A stretch of 64,000 bases of DNA from a virus (taxonomy: Duplodnaviria; Caudoviricetes): positions 1 through 64,000 of IMG/VR virus record IMGVR_UViG_3300037466_003648; one strand, written 5' to 3'. Position numbers and translations under genes: made by a program. How positions within the stretch are numbered: the first letter of the stretch is position 1; each line of letters begins with the position of its first letter. The notes below the pieces were generated by a model that saw only the letters and a list, made by a program, of their open reading frames with translations, did no database searches and had not been told where the DNA came from. Below are positions 53,990 through 62,406 of this stretch, piece after piece.

Positions 53990-54011
53990 GCTTCAGCCGA
54001 AAGGAGCCAAC

Positions 54012-54416
54012 ATGACCGTCGAGTACAACGACGACCTCTCCCATGAGGACCAGGTCGACGCGGAAGAGGGCATTGCCCACATCATCCACGCGTTCGAGTA
54101 CGGCGAGAATGCCGAGATGCGTCCCTCCGAAGAGGACTGCGCCGAGTTGGGTCGCCAGATCCTCCTGTTCGTGCTGGAGAAGTTCCGGCCGGACTTGGTG
54201 GACGGTGGTGAAGAGCCCGTCGCCGAAGAATCCGAGGGCGGAAGCTTCGAGTGCAAGCGGTGCGAGACCGAGTTCCACTTCCCCGCGGAGGAGTACACGC
54301 CAGAAGAGGTTGATGACCAGCTTGCGCAGCATCTGTGCGATGCTCATGACATCAACCTCTCGACAAGCGCGTTCGAGTCGGAGCGGTCGCACTACTTTAA
54401 GCGGATCAACTCGTAG
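54012..54416 (+). CDS. acidic protein with C2H2-like motif
   Basis: GCCGAAAGGAGCC RBS; CKRC...HLCDAH. Confidence 0.7.
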   Translation: MTVEYNDDLSHEDQVDAEEGIAHIIHAFEYGENAEMRPSEEDCAELGRQILLFVLEKFRPDLVDGGEEPVAEESEGGSFECKRCETEFHFPAEEYTPEEVDDQLAQHLCDAHDINLSTSAFESERSHYFKRINS

Positions 54417-54418
54417 GG

Positions 54419-54447
54419 TTGCGATCCTGTACCACATCTGGTACACT
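54419..54447 (+). promoter_or_regulatory. sigma-70-type promoter with extended -10
   Basis: TTGCGA-17 nt (ending TGG)-TACACT. Confidence 0.6.
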
Positions 54448-54490
54448 CCTACCTGCTAAGGAACAACTACGCCGGGGCAAGAGGAGCACC

Positions 54491-55084
54491 ATGACCCAAC
54501 CCATCGAGTCCGAGCTGTACCTGCTCGTCGGCCCCAGTGGTGCCGGTAAGACGTCCGTGATGGACGAGTTGTACCGCGAGGGCACCCTGATCAAGGCGAC
54601 CTCTCACGCCACGCGCCCCATGCGGGAAGGCGAGTCCCAGGGCAACCCGTACCACTTCATCTCGGTGAACGAGTACAAGGGGTTGGATCTCGAAGGCCAG
54701 TTCATCGAGAAGATCGAGTACAACGGCAACCACTACGGCTTCACCCGCGGCGAAGTGCTGAACGCGTTGGAGCGGGGTGACGTTGGTCTGATCGTCGAGG
54801 GTCACGGTGCGGCGCAAATTCGCAAGCTCTTCCCCGGCCGGGTCACCACCATCTTCCTGGACCCGCCACCCCGCGAAGAGCTGGTGCGTCGGATGCGTCA
54901 GCGCAAGAACACCCAGGCGGAGATCGAAGAGCGTCTAGCGCTCATGGTGGACGAGATGAAGTTCGGTCCCGAGGCCGACTACCACGTCGACACCAACGAC
55001 TCGTTCGACCACGTTCTTACCAAGGTGCGCACGATCATCAAGATCACCCGTGCTCGCCGTCAGAACAAGGCGGAGGGTCTGTAA
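54491..55084 (+). CDS. gmk: guanylate kinase
   Basis: GPSGAGKTS P-loop; SHATRPMREGESQGNPYHFIS; YNGNHYG. Confidence 0.9.
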   Translation: MTQPIESELYLLVGPSGAGKTSVMDELYREGTLIKATSHATRPMREGESQGNPYHFISVNEYKGLDLEGQFIEKIEYNGNHYGFTRGEVLNALERGDVGLIVEGHGAAQIRKLFPGRVTTIFLDPPPREELVRRMRQRKNTQAEIEERLALMVDEMKFGPEADYHVDTNDSFDHVLTKVRTIIKITRARRQNKAEGL

Positions 55085-55085
55085 G

Positions 55086-55526
55086 ATGACGTCGCCCAAG
55101 CTCATCTTCGTCGCCTCGCCCCTGCGCCCCTTCATCCCGCCACACGTCCTGCAGATGTTCCCCGACCCGGATTGTTGGCAGCGTCAACAGTACTACCACG
55201 AGGTGTTGCAGAAGAACCTGCAGCACGCACGGGAGTGCTGTCAGAAGGTGCTGGCCGAGGGCCACACACCCATCGCGCCGCACCTGATCCTGCCGCAGCT
55301 TCTGGACGACGCCGACCCCGCCCAGCGCGAGCAAGGCATCAACGGTGGTTTGGTCTACCTGACCCGTGCCGACGAGCTGTGGTACTGGGACGACCCCACG
55401 GAAGGGATGATCAAGGAGATCCAGACGGCGTACCGCTTGGGCATTCCGGTGGTCTATATGGGCAACGTCCCCCTCACCCGCGTCATCCCCCAGGCCACTT
55501 CTACCGGCCAACTCAAGGAGTCCTAG
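55086..55526 (+). CDS. nucleoside-deoxyribosyltransferase-like (DUF4406-type) protein
   Basis: IFVASPL...PIAPHL...LDD...R..G....L.RADELW...TEGM..EI..A..LGIPV. Confidence 0.65.
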   Translation: MTSPKLIFVASPLRPFIPPHVLQMFPDPDCWQRQQYYHEVLQKNLQHARECCQKVLAEGHTPIAPHLILPQLLDDADPAQREQGINGGLVYLTRADELWYWDDPTEGMIKEIQTAYRLGIPVVYMGNVPLTRVIPQATSTGQLKES

Positions 55527-56468
55527 ATGTTCGAGCGGTACACCGAGAACGCCATTAAGGCGATCATGCTCGCCCAGGAAGAGGCTCGCCGTCTCGGCCA
55601 CAACTACGTCAGCACGGAGTTTGTCCTGTTGGGATTGATCGGTTTGGGTGAGAACAGCCCGGTCTACCGCGCCTTGGTGAAGTTGGGCGTCAGCTCGCCT
55701 CTCAAGACTGCGCGTCTTTTGGTCGAGCAGAGGGTCGGCAAGGGCTCCGGCTTCGTTGGGGTCGAGCTGCCCTTCACGCCACGCATGAAGCGCTCGATCG
55801 AAGTCTCGTGGAACACCGCCCGCGAGCTGGGCCACAACTACATCGCGCCGTTCCACGTCCTGTTCGCCATCATCGCGGAGGAAGAGAGTACAGCGCGTGC
55901 CGTGCTGTTCGATATGGGCATCATCGACCTGGAGACGTTCAAGTCGCTGGTCGTGGACGAGGCTTCGCGTGCTGCAGTTGCCAAGACCGACAGCATCTTG
56001 CAGGCGGTCAACGAGAAGCGTACCGCCGACGAGCGTCGGAACGAGAAGCAGCGTGCGTGGGACAAGAGCTACATGGCGATGGCCCATATCATCGCTGGTC
56101 ACTCTCACGACCCCAAGTTCAAGGTCGGTGCCATCGTCGTCAACGACCTCAACGGCGCCATCGTCGGTCTCGGCTACAACGGTCGCGGCAAGGGTCGTCC
56201 CAACGACCGTCTCTCGATGGAAACGGGCCAGAGCGGCTTCGTCCATGCCGAGATGAATGCCATTGCCCGTGTCTCGTGGGAGATGACGTGTACCTACACG
56301 CTCTACACCACCCTGGCGCCCTGCATGGTCTGCGCGGGTCTGGTTCTGAACAACCCCATCAAGCGGGTCGTCTACGGCCAGATCTACAACGATGACAAGA
56401 CCGGCGTCGAAGAGCTGATTGGCGGCTTGGGGGCGCATCTCGTCCACCATTGTCCGCACCATTCCTAA
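55527..56468 (+). CDS. fusion of a ClpC-type N-terminal (Clp repeat) domain and a dCMP deaminase
   Basis: [26 protein letters not shown]...[14 protein letters not shown]...ARELGHNYI; then [26 protein letters not shown]. Confidence 0.88.
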   Translation: [313 protein letters not shown]

Positions 56469-56480
56469 AGGAGCACTCCC

Positions 56481-56591
56481 ATGAAAGTTTGGCATGTTCT
56501 CGCTGGTATGGCGGGTTTGTTTACCGCCGGTCTCGCTGTTTGGGATGGTATCGGCTATGTGGCCTGGCACTTCATTCACAAGCTGTGGTAG
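56481..56591 (+). CDS. 36-aa membrane peptide
   Basis: SD AAAGGAG; hydrophobic. Confidence 0.5.
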   Translation: MKVWHVLAGMAGLFTAGLAVWDGIGYVAWHFIHKLW

Positions 56592-56627
56592 TCAGCTGAA
56601 GCACACGCTGCTTCATTTCTTCCACCG

Positions 56628-57263
56628 TTGGCAGTGGGCGCTGGCCGCCCTCTTGGATGCGCTGTGCTAGAACCGATCATCATCGACCATGACGCGAGCA
56701 TCTCGTTCACCGGCTACTGGCAGGCGGACGAGATGTACCGGCTCGTGATCGCGCGTAAGCCGGTCACCGGACCGGTCCTTGCGAGCTTGTTGATGGGATC
56801 GACTGGCACGCGCCGTTCCAACTTCCAGGTGCTCAAGACCCCACCAGGCACCAGCCCGGTAGTTCAAGCGATGGGGCTCAACCGGATGTTTGCGATGCCC
56901 CTGGAAGCGCCTGGTGAGCGCAAACCCACCAAGGCGTTCTCGGTGTACGTGTTCGACGGGAACGACACCGAGGGTAGGGGCCGCTTTTCGTGGCTGACGA
57001 GTCTGAACGTCTACCGCTGTGATTGGATGCTAGATGTCCAAAAACAGCGGATGCTCGATCAGATGGATGAAGCCTACGATCGCTGGTTCGTCATGATCGA
57101 CCACCAACTGCACAAGTTGCCGTTTGGGCGCGAAGAGGTCGGATTGTCCAAAGCGTGCGAAAACTGCCCACACCAGTTTTCGTGCATGGCGGGCAATACG
57201 CCCGGTTACCTCATTGGCGACGATCTGCCCGAAAGTGCCCGTCCGCCCCAAAAGCAGGTTTAG
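56628..57263 (+). CDS. hypothetical protein with C-terminal CX2CX5C motif
   Basis: CENCPHQFSCMAG; start uncertain. Confidence 0.6.
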   Translation: MAVGAGRPLGCAVLEPIIIDHDASISFTGYWQADEMYRLVIARKPVTGPVLASLLMGSTGTRRSNFQVLKTPPGTSPVVQAMGLNRMFAMPLEAPGERKPTKAFSVYVFDGNDTEGRGRFSWLTSLNVYRCDWMLDVQKQRMLDQMDEAYDRWFVMIDHQLHKLPFGREEVGLSKACENCPHQFSCMAGNTPGYLIGDDLPESARPPQKQV

Positions 57264-57268
57264 CCAAC

Positions 57269-57958
57269 ATGGACTTTGACGCCCTTTTTGACGCCCAAGC
57301 CAAAGGCACCGTGAACGTCAATGTGAACACCACGCGCCCCGAGGGCTTCTGGTTCGAGCCAGACCCCGAGTGGGACGGTGAGTGGTTGTTGTGGTTCAAG
57401 TGCGGCACCGATGTCGCCTTCCAGCTCATGAGCGACGCGAAGGGCAACCAGCTCGACTACACGGTCACGCTCAAGATGCGCACCAAGACAGGCAAAGACG
57501 CTCCTCGCCGAGCGGTCGTCCGTACGATCGAGAAGACCAACGACAGGGGTGAAACGCAGCAAGTGGCCTACCCCACAATCGTCAACTACTTCGATGTTTC
57601 GTTGATGGAGTCGATTCGGGAGGTCATCGTACGCCAACCCGGTCTGGGCGGCGCCATTCTGTCTCGTGGAAGCGACTACGAGATCGAAGGTACGACGCTG
57701 GTCACGCTCCAGGAGCTGAACGACGAAGCGTACCTGGAGATCGAAGGCAAGGGTTGGGGCTTCGAGCGGGCCATGACGCACAACGGCAAGATGCCGTCTA
57801 ACTTCTCATTCCCCACCACCGAGGTCAAGCGCGGCACCAAGGCCATCTGCGATGTCTGCCCGAACCAGTTCGCCTGCCTCGCCGGACAGCAGAAGATGTT
57901 CGGCATGGAGGAGTACAAGGTGGCGAAATTGATGAAGGGTGGCGATCCCTTCAAGTAG
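57269..57958 (+). CDS. hypothetical protein with C-terminal CX2CX5C motif
   Basis: CDVCPNQFACLAG. Confidence 0.7.
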   Translation: MDFDALFDAQAKGTVNVNVNTTRPEGFWFEPDPEWDGEWLLWFKCGTDVAFQLMSDAKGNQLDYTVTLKMRTKTGKDAPRRAVVRTIEKTNDRGETQQVAYPTIVNYFDVSLMESIREVIVRQPGLGGAILSRGSDYEIEGTTLVTLQELNDEAYLEIEGKGWGFERAMTHNGKMPSNFSFPTTEVKRGTKAICDVCPNQFACLAGQQKMFGMEEYKVAKLMKGGDPFK

Positions 57959-58044
57959 GTGCAAGTACACCTACTTTGGATCTCAGTTTTTCGTCGTCGT
58001 AATTTTTCAAATTCGAGATCCGTGTTTCACAAGGGGCAAGGCCA

Positions 58045-58380
58045 ATGACAACCGACGACGAGACCACACCCGACCCGCTGACCTTGTGGCAGCCGGTCGT
58101 CGAGAACCCCAACGTCCTTCCGTCCAAAGTCAACTACAAGGCGAAGGGCCGTGTCCAGGAATGGCCGTGCTACAAGTACGCCAACTGGGCGCTCGGCAAC
58201 GACGCGGCCTACGTCCGCATCCGTCAGGGTTACAGCCGTGACAGCTTCGTCAAGGTCCCCACAAAAGCCGATCAGATCGGTACTTCGGAGGTCTGCAACC
58301 ACTGCTCTCAGCAGTTCGCGTGCCTGGCAGGCAATGTCACGTCGTTGACGTCTCGCACCCTCCTCTTACCTCCCCCTTAG
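58045..58380 (+). CDS. small protein with C-terminal CX2CX5C motif
   Basis: CNHCSQQFACLAG. Confidence 0.65.
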   Translation: MTTDDETTPDPLTLWQPVVENPNVLPSKVNYKAKGRVQEWPCYKYANWALGNDAAYVRIRQGYSRDSFVKVPTKADQIGTSEVCNHCSQQFACLAGNVTSLTSRTLLLPPP

Positions 58381-58381
58381 C

Positions 58382-58410
58382 TTGTCCACGGACGAGGTTC
58401 GTGGTATAAC
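58382..58410 (+). promoter_or_regulatory. sigma-70-type promoter with extended -10
   Basis: TTGTCC-17 nt (ending TGG)-TATAAC. Confidence 0.55.
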
Positions 58411-58426
58411 CCATAAGGATCAAACC

Positions 58427-58840
58427 ATGAGCAAGCGTTCAGTAGATCCCGTGAAGCCGATTGACGGGTACCAGACCCTTCCGGCGGACCCCGGACCCGG
58501 CACCTACGAGGTGGACATCGAGGTCACACACCGTATTGATGATGTCGTGACTCCCCTGCACAAGGAGACCGTCACCGTCGAGACTGCCTACGGGCGACCC
58601 CAAGCCAGCGCCAGCGCCCAGCTCCAGCTGTGTAAGACGCACCCCGAATTTGCCCGTGAACACGTCTACACCCAAGTAATGGAGGCTCGTCATGTCGCTG
58701 GACCCGCTCAACCCGTCCCCGCTGCAGCCGTCGAGCCAGGCAGTGCTGGAGAACCTGTGGTCGATCCTGAACGCCTCGAAGACGGAGACGAGCACCCCGA
58801 CTACGACTACAACTTCGACAAGCCCTTCGACATCTACTGA
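58427..58840 (+). CDS. hypothetical protein
   Basis: SD AAGGA, ATG 58427. Confidence 0.65.
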   Translation: MSKRSVDPVKPIDGYQTLPADPGPGTYEVDIEVTHRIDDVVTPLHKETVTVETAYGRPQASASAQLQLCKTHPEFAREHVYTQVMEARHVAGPAQPVPAAAVEPGSAGEPVVDPERLEDGDEHPDYDYNFDKPFDIY

Positions 58841-59354
58841 CGAAGGGTCGGTTAGCTACGCGATCACTGTCGGCCCGCCACCTACGGTCGAGGGTTTCAG
58901 GAACGAGATCCTGATGCGCCAGGCGGAGGTGCTGGGCACGGTCGAGGTGTTGACGTCGCAGGTTCATAACCTGCTCGAATCCGTCAGCCGTGAAGTCAGC
59001 TTCCGCACCCAGATGCCCAAGACACTCGCGTTCGGCGACCCTTTGGACCTGCCCGTCACACCGCCTTCGCGGGTACCGGCAGAGTTCATGCGTCCCACCT
59101 CCGCGGCGCACTTCCTGGCGGCACACACGGGCCACAAGTGGACCAACCCCAAGCTGCACGACCTCGCCAAGCGTCTGGGATGGCGGCCCGCCGATGTCAA
59201 GTACGACATGGAGCGCTCCGACCATCGCTACTTCACTGTGGTCACAACGCGTGAAGGGTTCGACTTCGGTGTCTATACCCCCAACGCGCTCGACTACGTC
59301 CTGGATCGGCCTGACGAGTGCTGGCAGATCGCAACCAGCAAGGAGACTCGATGA
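58692..59354 (+). CDS. hypothetical protein (true start probably downstream of 58840)
   Basis: C-terminal two thirds show coding bias; N-terminus overlaps the upstream gene. Confidence 0.55.
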   Translation: MSLDPLNPSPLQPSSQAVLENLWSILNASKTETSTPTTTTTSTSPSTSTDEGSVSYAITVGPPPTVEGFRNEILMRQAEVLGTVEVLTSQVHNLLESVSREVSFRTQMPKTLAFGDPLDLPVTPPSRVPAEFMRPTSAAHFLAAHTGHKWTNPKLHDLAKRLGWRPADVKYDMERSDHRYFTVVTTREGFDFGVYTPNALDYVLDRPDECWQIATSKETR

Positions 59355-60427
59355 GCATGTCTACCACCCCCAACACCACGGCGCTGACCACCCGCTCGGC
59401 CGTCGGCTGGACGGGTGAGCATGCTCGCGTGCGTGTCAAGCAGTACTACGAGGCGACCGGTTTCTTCCCGGAGACGGCCGGTAAGCCCTGGTGGAACGAC
59501 TACACCCGTGCGATGGCCGACCGCCATGGCATCGTGCTTCCGCCCTACCAGGTCGTGCTCACGACCGGCGGGTTGCTGCAACTCAAGAACACCATCCTCG
59601 CAGAAGTGGCCGCGATGCCCCGTGTCGAAGACGAAGTGCTCGCGACCACGACGGCACCGCTCGTGACCGATGCCAGCGTGCCGATTGCCCCGTGCGGGAT
59701 GGTTCACCGACAGAAGGCTATCGAGGCGTACGCGCACATCTCCGAGCGCATCCTGCGGGCGGTCGACCAGGAGCATCGCACGCTGTCAAGTGTGGCGGTC
59801 GAATTGAACGGAGAGGGCATGACAACCCGCACGGGCAGCAAGTTCACCTCCAAAACGATCGGCAACATCTACCGGCGCGCCAAGGGTCTGCCCTCCTATG
59901 AGCAGCTGTTGCTTGCCCGTGTTGGTACACCCCTGCCTACGCTCCCCGACGCCGTGCGCGAGCCGCAGGCGGTCGAGGCGGAGCTGGTCACGGACGACGA
60001 CACGCCGACGAGCATCTTGACCCAGGCGCCCGACTACTCGCACAGCCCACCGCAGATGATCGAAGACGAGCCCCCTGCGTCCCCAGCACCAGTGCTTTCT
60101 GGTCGTCTCGTCGAGGTGCCCGCCGACCAGTTGCAACAGGCGTTGGAACTGGCCTCTCAGGCAGCCGCGGCTCAGGCGAAGGTCGCCCAGTACGAAGCGG
60201 TGATCGCCCAGTACGACGAGAAGTCCAAGGCACTGCTCACCCAGGTCGAGCGCGCTCAGACCATCGTGCAGGAGAACGTCAACCTGCGTGTTCAGGTCCA
60301 GGATCTGAAAGATCAGCTCCAGCAGCTGGAGTTCCGTAACGCGCACTGGCTCAACACCAAGGAGTTGATCCAGGAAGCGTTGAAGAGTGCCCCTTACCCC
60401 CTCCCCCTCCAGAAGAAGGAGTCCTAG
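59351..60427 (+). CDS. protein with serine-recombinase DNA-binding (Recombinase-domain-like) helix and C-terminal coiled coil
   Basis: SD AAGGAG; TLSSVAVELNGEGMTTRTGSKFTSKTIGNI; no resolvase catalytic domain seen. Confidence 0.65.
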   Translation: MSMSTTPNTTALTTRSAVGWTGEHARVRVKQYYEATGFFPETAGKPWWNDYTRAMADRHGIVLPPYQVVLTTGGLLQLKNTILAEVAAMPRVEDEVLATTTAPLVTDASVPIAPCGMVHRQKAIEAYAHISERILRAVDQEHRTLSSVAVELNGEGMTTRTGSKFTSKTIGNIYRRAKGLPSYEQLLLARVGTPLPTLPDAVREPQAVEAELVTDDDTPTSILTQAPDYSHSPPQMIEDEPPASPAPVLSGRLVEVPADQLQQALELASQAAAAQAKVAQYEAVIAQYDEKSKALLTQVERAQTIVQENVNLRVQVQDLKDQLQQLEFRNAHWLNTKELIQEALKSAPYPLPLQKKES

Positions 60428-60429
60428 TC

Positions 60430-61299
60430 TTGCCCGAGTCTGCTATCGTTCTTGCCGACAGCATCAGCCCCAACGGTGTGCGTTTGACCACCTTGCAGGT
60501 CACCTTCGCGCGCATCGTGTTGGCGGAGGTCAACACGCACCGCCAGTTCACCCGCAGCTCGGCCAGCTCGCGAGCTATCCCCGTCGAGAAGATGATCCAG
60601 CGCTGCATCGACGACCCCTTCATCCCCGATGCGTTCGGTAAGAACCGGGCGGGCATGCAAGCCAGCGAGAACCTGAACGACCGGGACGCGCAGGTGGCCC
60701 AGCAGATCTGGCTTGAAGCGCGCGACCAAGCCGTGCGTTCGGCGAGGGCGCTGCTCAACACCGGTGTGCATAAACAGATCACCAACCGTCTGTTGGAGCC
60801 CTTCATGTGGCACACCGCGATCATCACCGCCACGGAGTTCTCCAACTTCTTCGCGCTGCGCTGTCACCCCGACGCCCAGCCCCAGATCCGGGCAGCAGCG
60901 GAGTTGATGCGTGAGGCGATGGCGAACTCGACACCCGTGCACGTCAACCATGGCGAGTGGCACTTGCCTTTGGTTAGTGGTGTCGATCTGCACGAGCTGT
61001 TGGCGGAGGGCTACGCGATGGAGCAGATCGTGCGCATCAGCGCCGGTCGCTGCGCGCGGGTCAGCTACCTCACCCACGACGGCAAGCGCGAGCCCGTCAA
61101 GGACATCGAGCTGTGCGACCGCCTGGTTACGAGCGGTCACATGTCTCCGTTGGAGCATGTCGCCACGCCGGGTGTCTTCCACAACAACGGGGAGACGAAC
61201 GAGCAGGTGCCTTTCATCGGCAACTTCAAGGGCTGGCTCCAGTTGCGCAAGACCATCCCCAACGAGCACGACTTCAGCCTGATCAAGTCGGCTGTGTAG
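60430..61299 (+). CDS. thyX: FAD-dependent thymidylate synthase
   Basis: THRQFTRSSASSRAIP, HKQITNRLLEPF, LRCHPDAQPQI, SAGRCARVSY, HMSPLEH. Confidence 0.9.
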   Translation: MPESAIVLADSISPNGVRLTTLQVTFARIVLAEVNTHRQFTRSSASSRAIPVEKMIQRCIDDPFIPDAFGKNRAGMQASENLNDRDAQVAQQIWLEARDQAVRSARALLNTGVHKQITNRLLEPFMWHTAIITATEFSNFFALRCHPDAQPQIRAAAELMREAMANSTPVHVNHGEWHLPLVSGVDLHELLAEGYAMEQIVRISAGRCARVSYLTHDGKREPVKDIELCDRLVTSGHMSPLEHVATPGVFHNNGETNEQVPFIGNFKGWLQLRKTIPNEHDFSLIKSAV

Positions 61300-61327
61300 T
61301 AGGAGGCGCGGCTTCCGAGGAGTTCTT

Positions 61328-62353
61328 ATGGCCGCACACCTCTCGCGCACGGCGATCGCACTGACCCAGGTACCCACCCCCGACCAGCGTAGTCACATCA
61401 TGGCGACGCTGGACGTGGTGTTCCGTCAGGAGCTGGGCATCTACGTCAGCACGGAGATCAGCCGGATGGCGTGCCACCCCAACATCAACGTCGCGCTGAC
61501 CAAGGCGGGACGGGTGCCCTGGTCCTACGAGTTCACCATTTACAAGATGGGCTTGGAGATCAAGGGCATCTTCAGCCCGTTGTGGGAGCCCACCCAGGTA
61601 ACGGGTAAGCGCGGTGGTGTAAAGGTCGAGCACTTCCTGGTTGATTGGCTCGTCACGGTCTACACGGTCAGCTCCAGCTGGACGGACTTCACCCCGTCCG
61701 ACATGGCCTGGGCCAGCGGTTCGCTGCTGCGCCACATCGAATCCGATCGGCTCAAAGGCTTCGAGTTCGAGTTGACCACCGAGAAGGAGCGGGACGCGCA
61801 AGGTCGAGAGATCAGTGTCCCCCGCTACCGGATCAAGAAGGTGTTCCAGTTCCAGCTGGGGCACCTGCTGAAGGCCGACAGCGAAGAGCCGGACCCCGAC
61901 CTCCAGAACATCGACCACTGGATCTGGTCGCTGGGGTCGCGTGCTGACTCGTTCGTCGTGGACGACCTGATCGATGTCTCGCCCGAGGTGCAGCTCTTGC
62001 TGCCCAGCAAGTTCATGCTTCAGCATCGCACCCAGCGCGTGACCTACAAGGACACGAACGGCAAGGATGCCGAGGAGAACGTGGACTTCACCTTGGTCTG
62101 GATGAAAGACAACTTGACCACTTGGCGCAACAAGCTGTCCACCCCTTGTCCTTACGCTCACCAAGGGGGCTTCCACGACATGAACACCACGCTTACCGAG
62201 GCGATCCTGTTCTGGAATAACAAAGTGTTGGGCAACCGCGAGCTGTGTGCGGGTTGTACCAACGAGTTCACCTGTATGGCACGGGAGTACCGTGGCGGTG
62301 GTAGCAAGTTGGAGTACCCATTGCAACTTCTGGAGCCACCCTTGGCACAGTAG
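61328..62353 (+). CDS. hypothetical protein with C-terminal CX2CX5C motif
   Basis: SD GAGGAG; CAGCTNEFTCMA. Confidence 0.75.
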   Translation: MAAHLSRTAIALTQVPTPDQRSHIMATLDVVFRQELGIYVSTEISRMACHPNINVALTKAGRVPWSYEFTIYKMGLEIKGIFSPLWEPTQVTGKRGGVKVEHFLVDWLVTVYTVSSSWTDFTPSDMAWASGSLLRHIESDRLKGFEFELTTEKERDAQGREISVPRYRIKKVFQFQLGHLLKADSEEPDPDLQNIDHWIWSLGSRADSFVVDDLIDVSPEVQLLLPSKFMLQHRTQRVTYKDTNGKDAEENVDFTLVWMKDNLTTWRNKLSTPCPYAHQGGFHDMNTTLTEAILFWNNKVLGNRELCAGCTNEFTCMAREYRGGGSKLEYPLQLLEPPLAQ

Positions 62354-62370
62354 GTCCCTTGTGGTAATGT
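62342..62370 (+). promoter_or_regulatory. sigma-70-type promoter with extended -10
   Basis: TTGGCA-17 nt (ending TGG)-TAATGT. Confidence 0.55.
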
Positions 62371-62406
62371 AGGATCGTCACCCACCTCAGAGGGAGAAGC
62401 GATCCA

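Noticed and set aside
8011-54010. GCCGAAAGGAGCC repeats as CRISPR repeats, integron attC sites or boxB hairpins
   Set aside because: Dispersed, always 5-10 nt before start codons, only a 2-bp stem around GAAA; explained first as ribosome-binding sites
59351-60427. Integrase or prophage attachment module
   Set aside because: Only the DNA-binding helix is recognisable; no catalytic Ser domain, att-like repeats or host genes in the window
57156-62275. Cys triads as radical-SAM motifs or the proteins as Cas4 nucleases
   Set aside because: Spacing is CX2CX5C rather than CX3CX2C, and no PD-(D/E)xK catalytic motif is recognisable; kept only as an unassigned motif family
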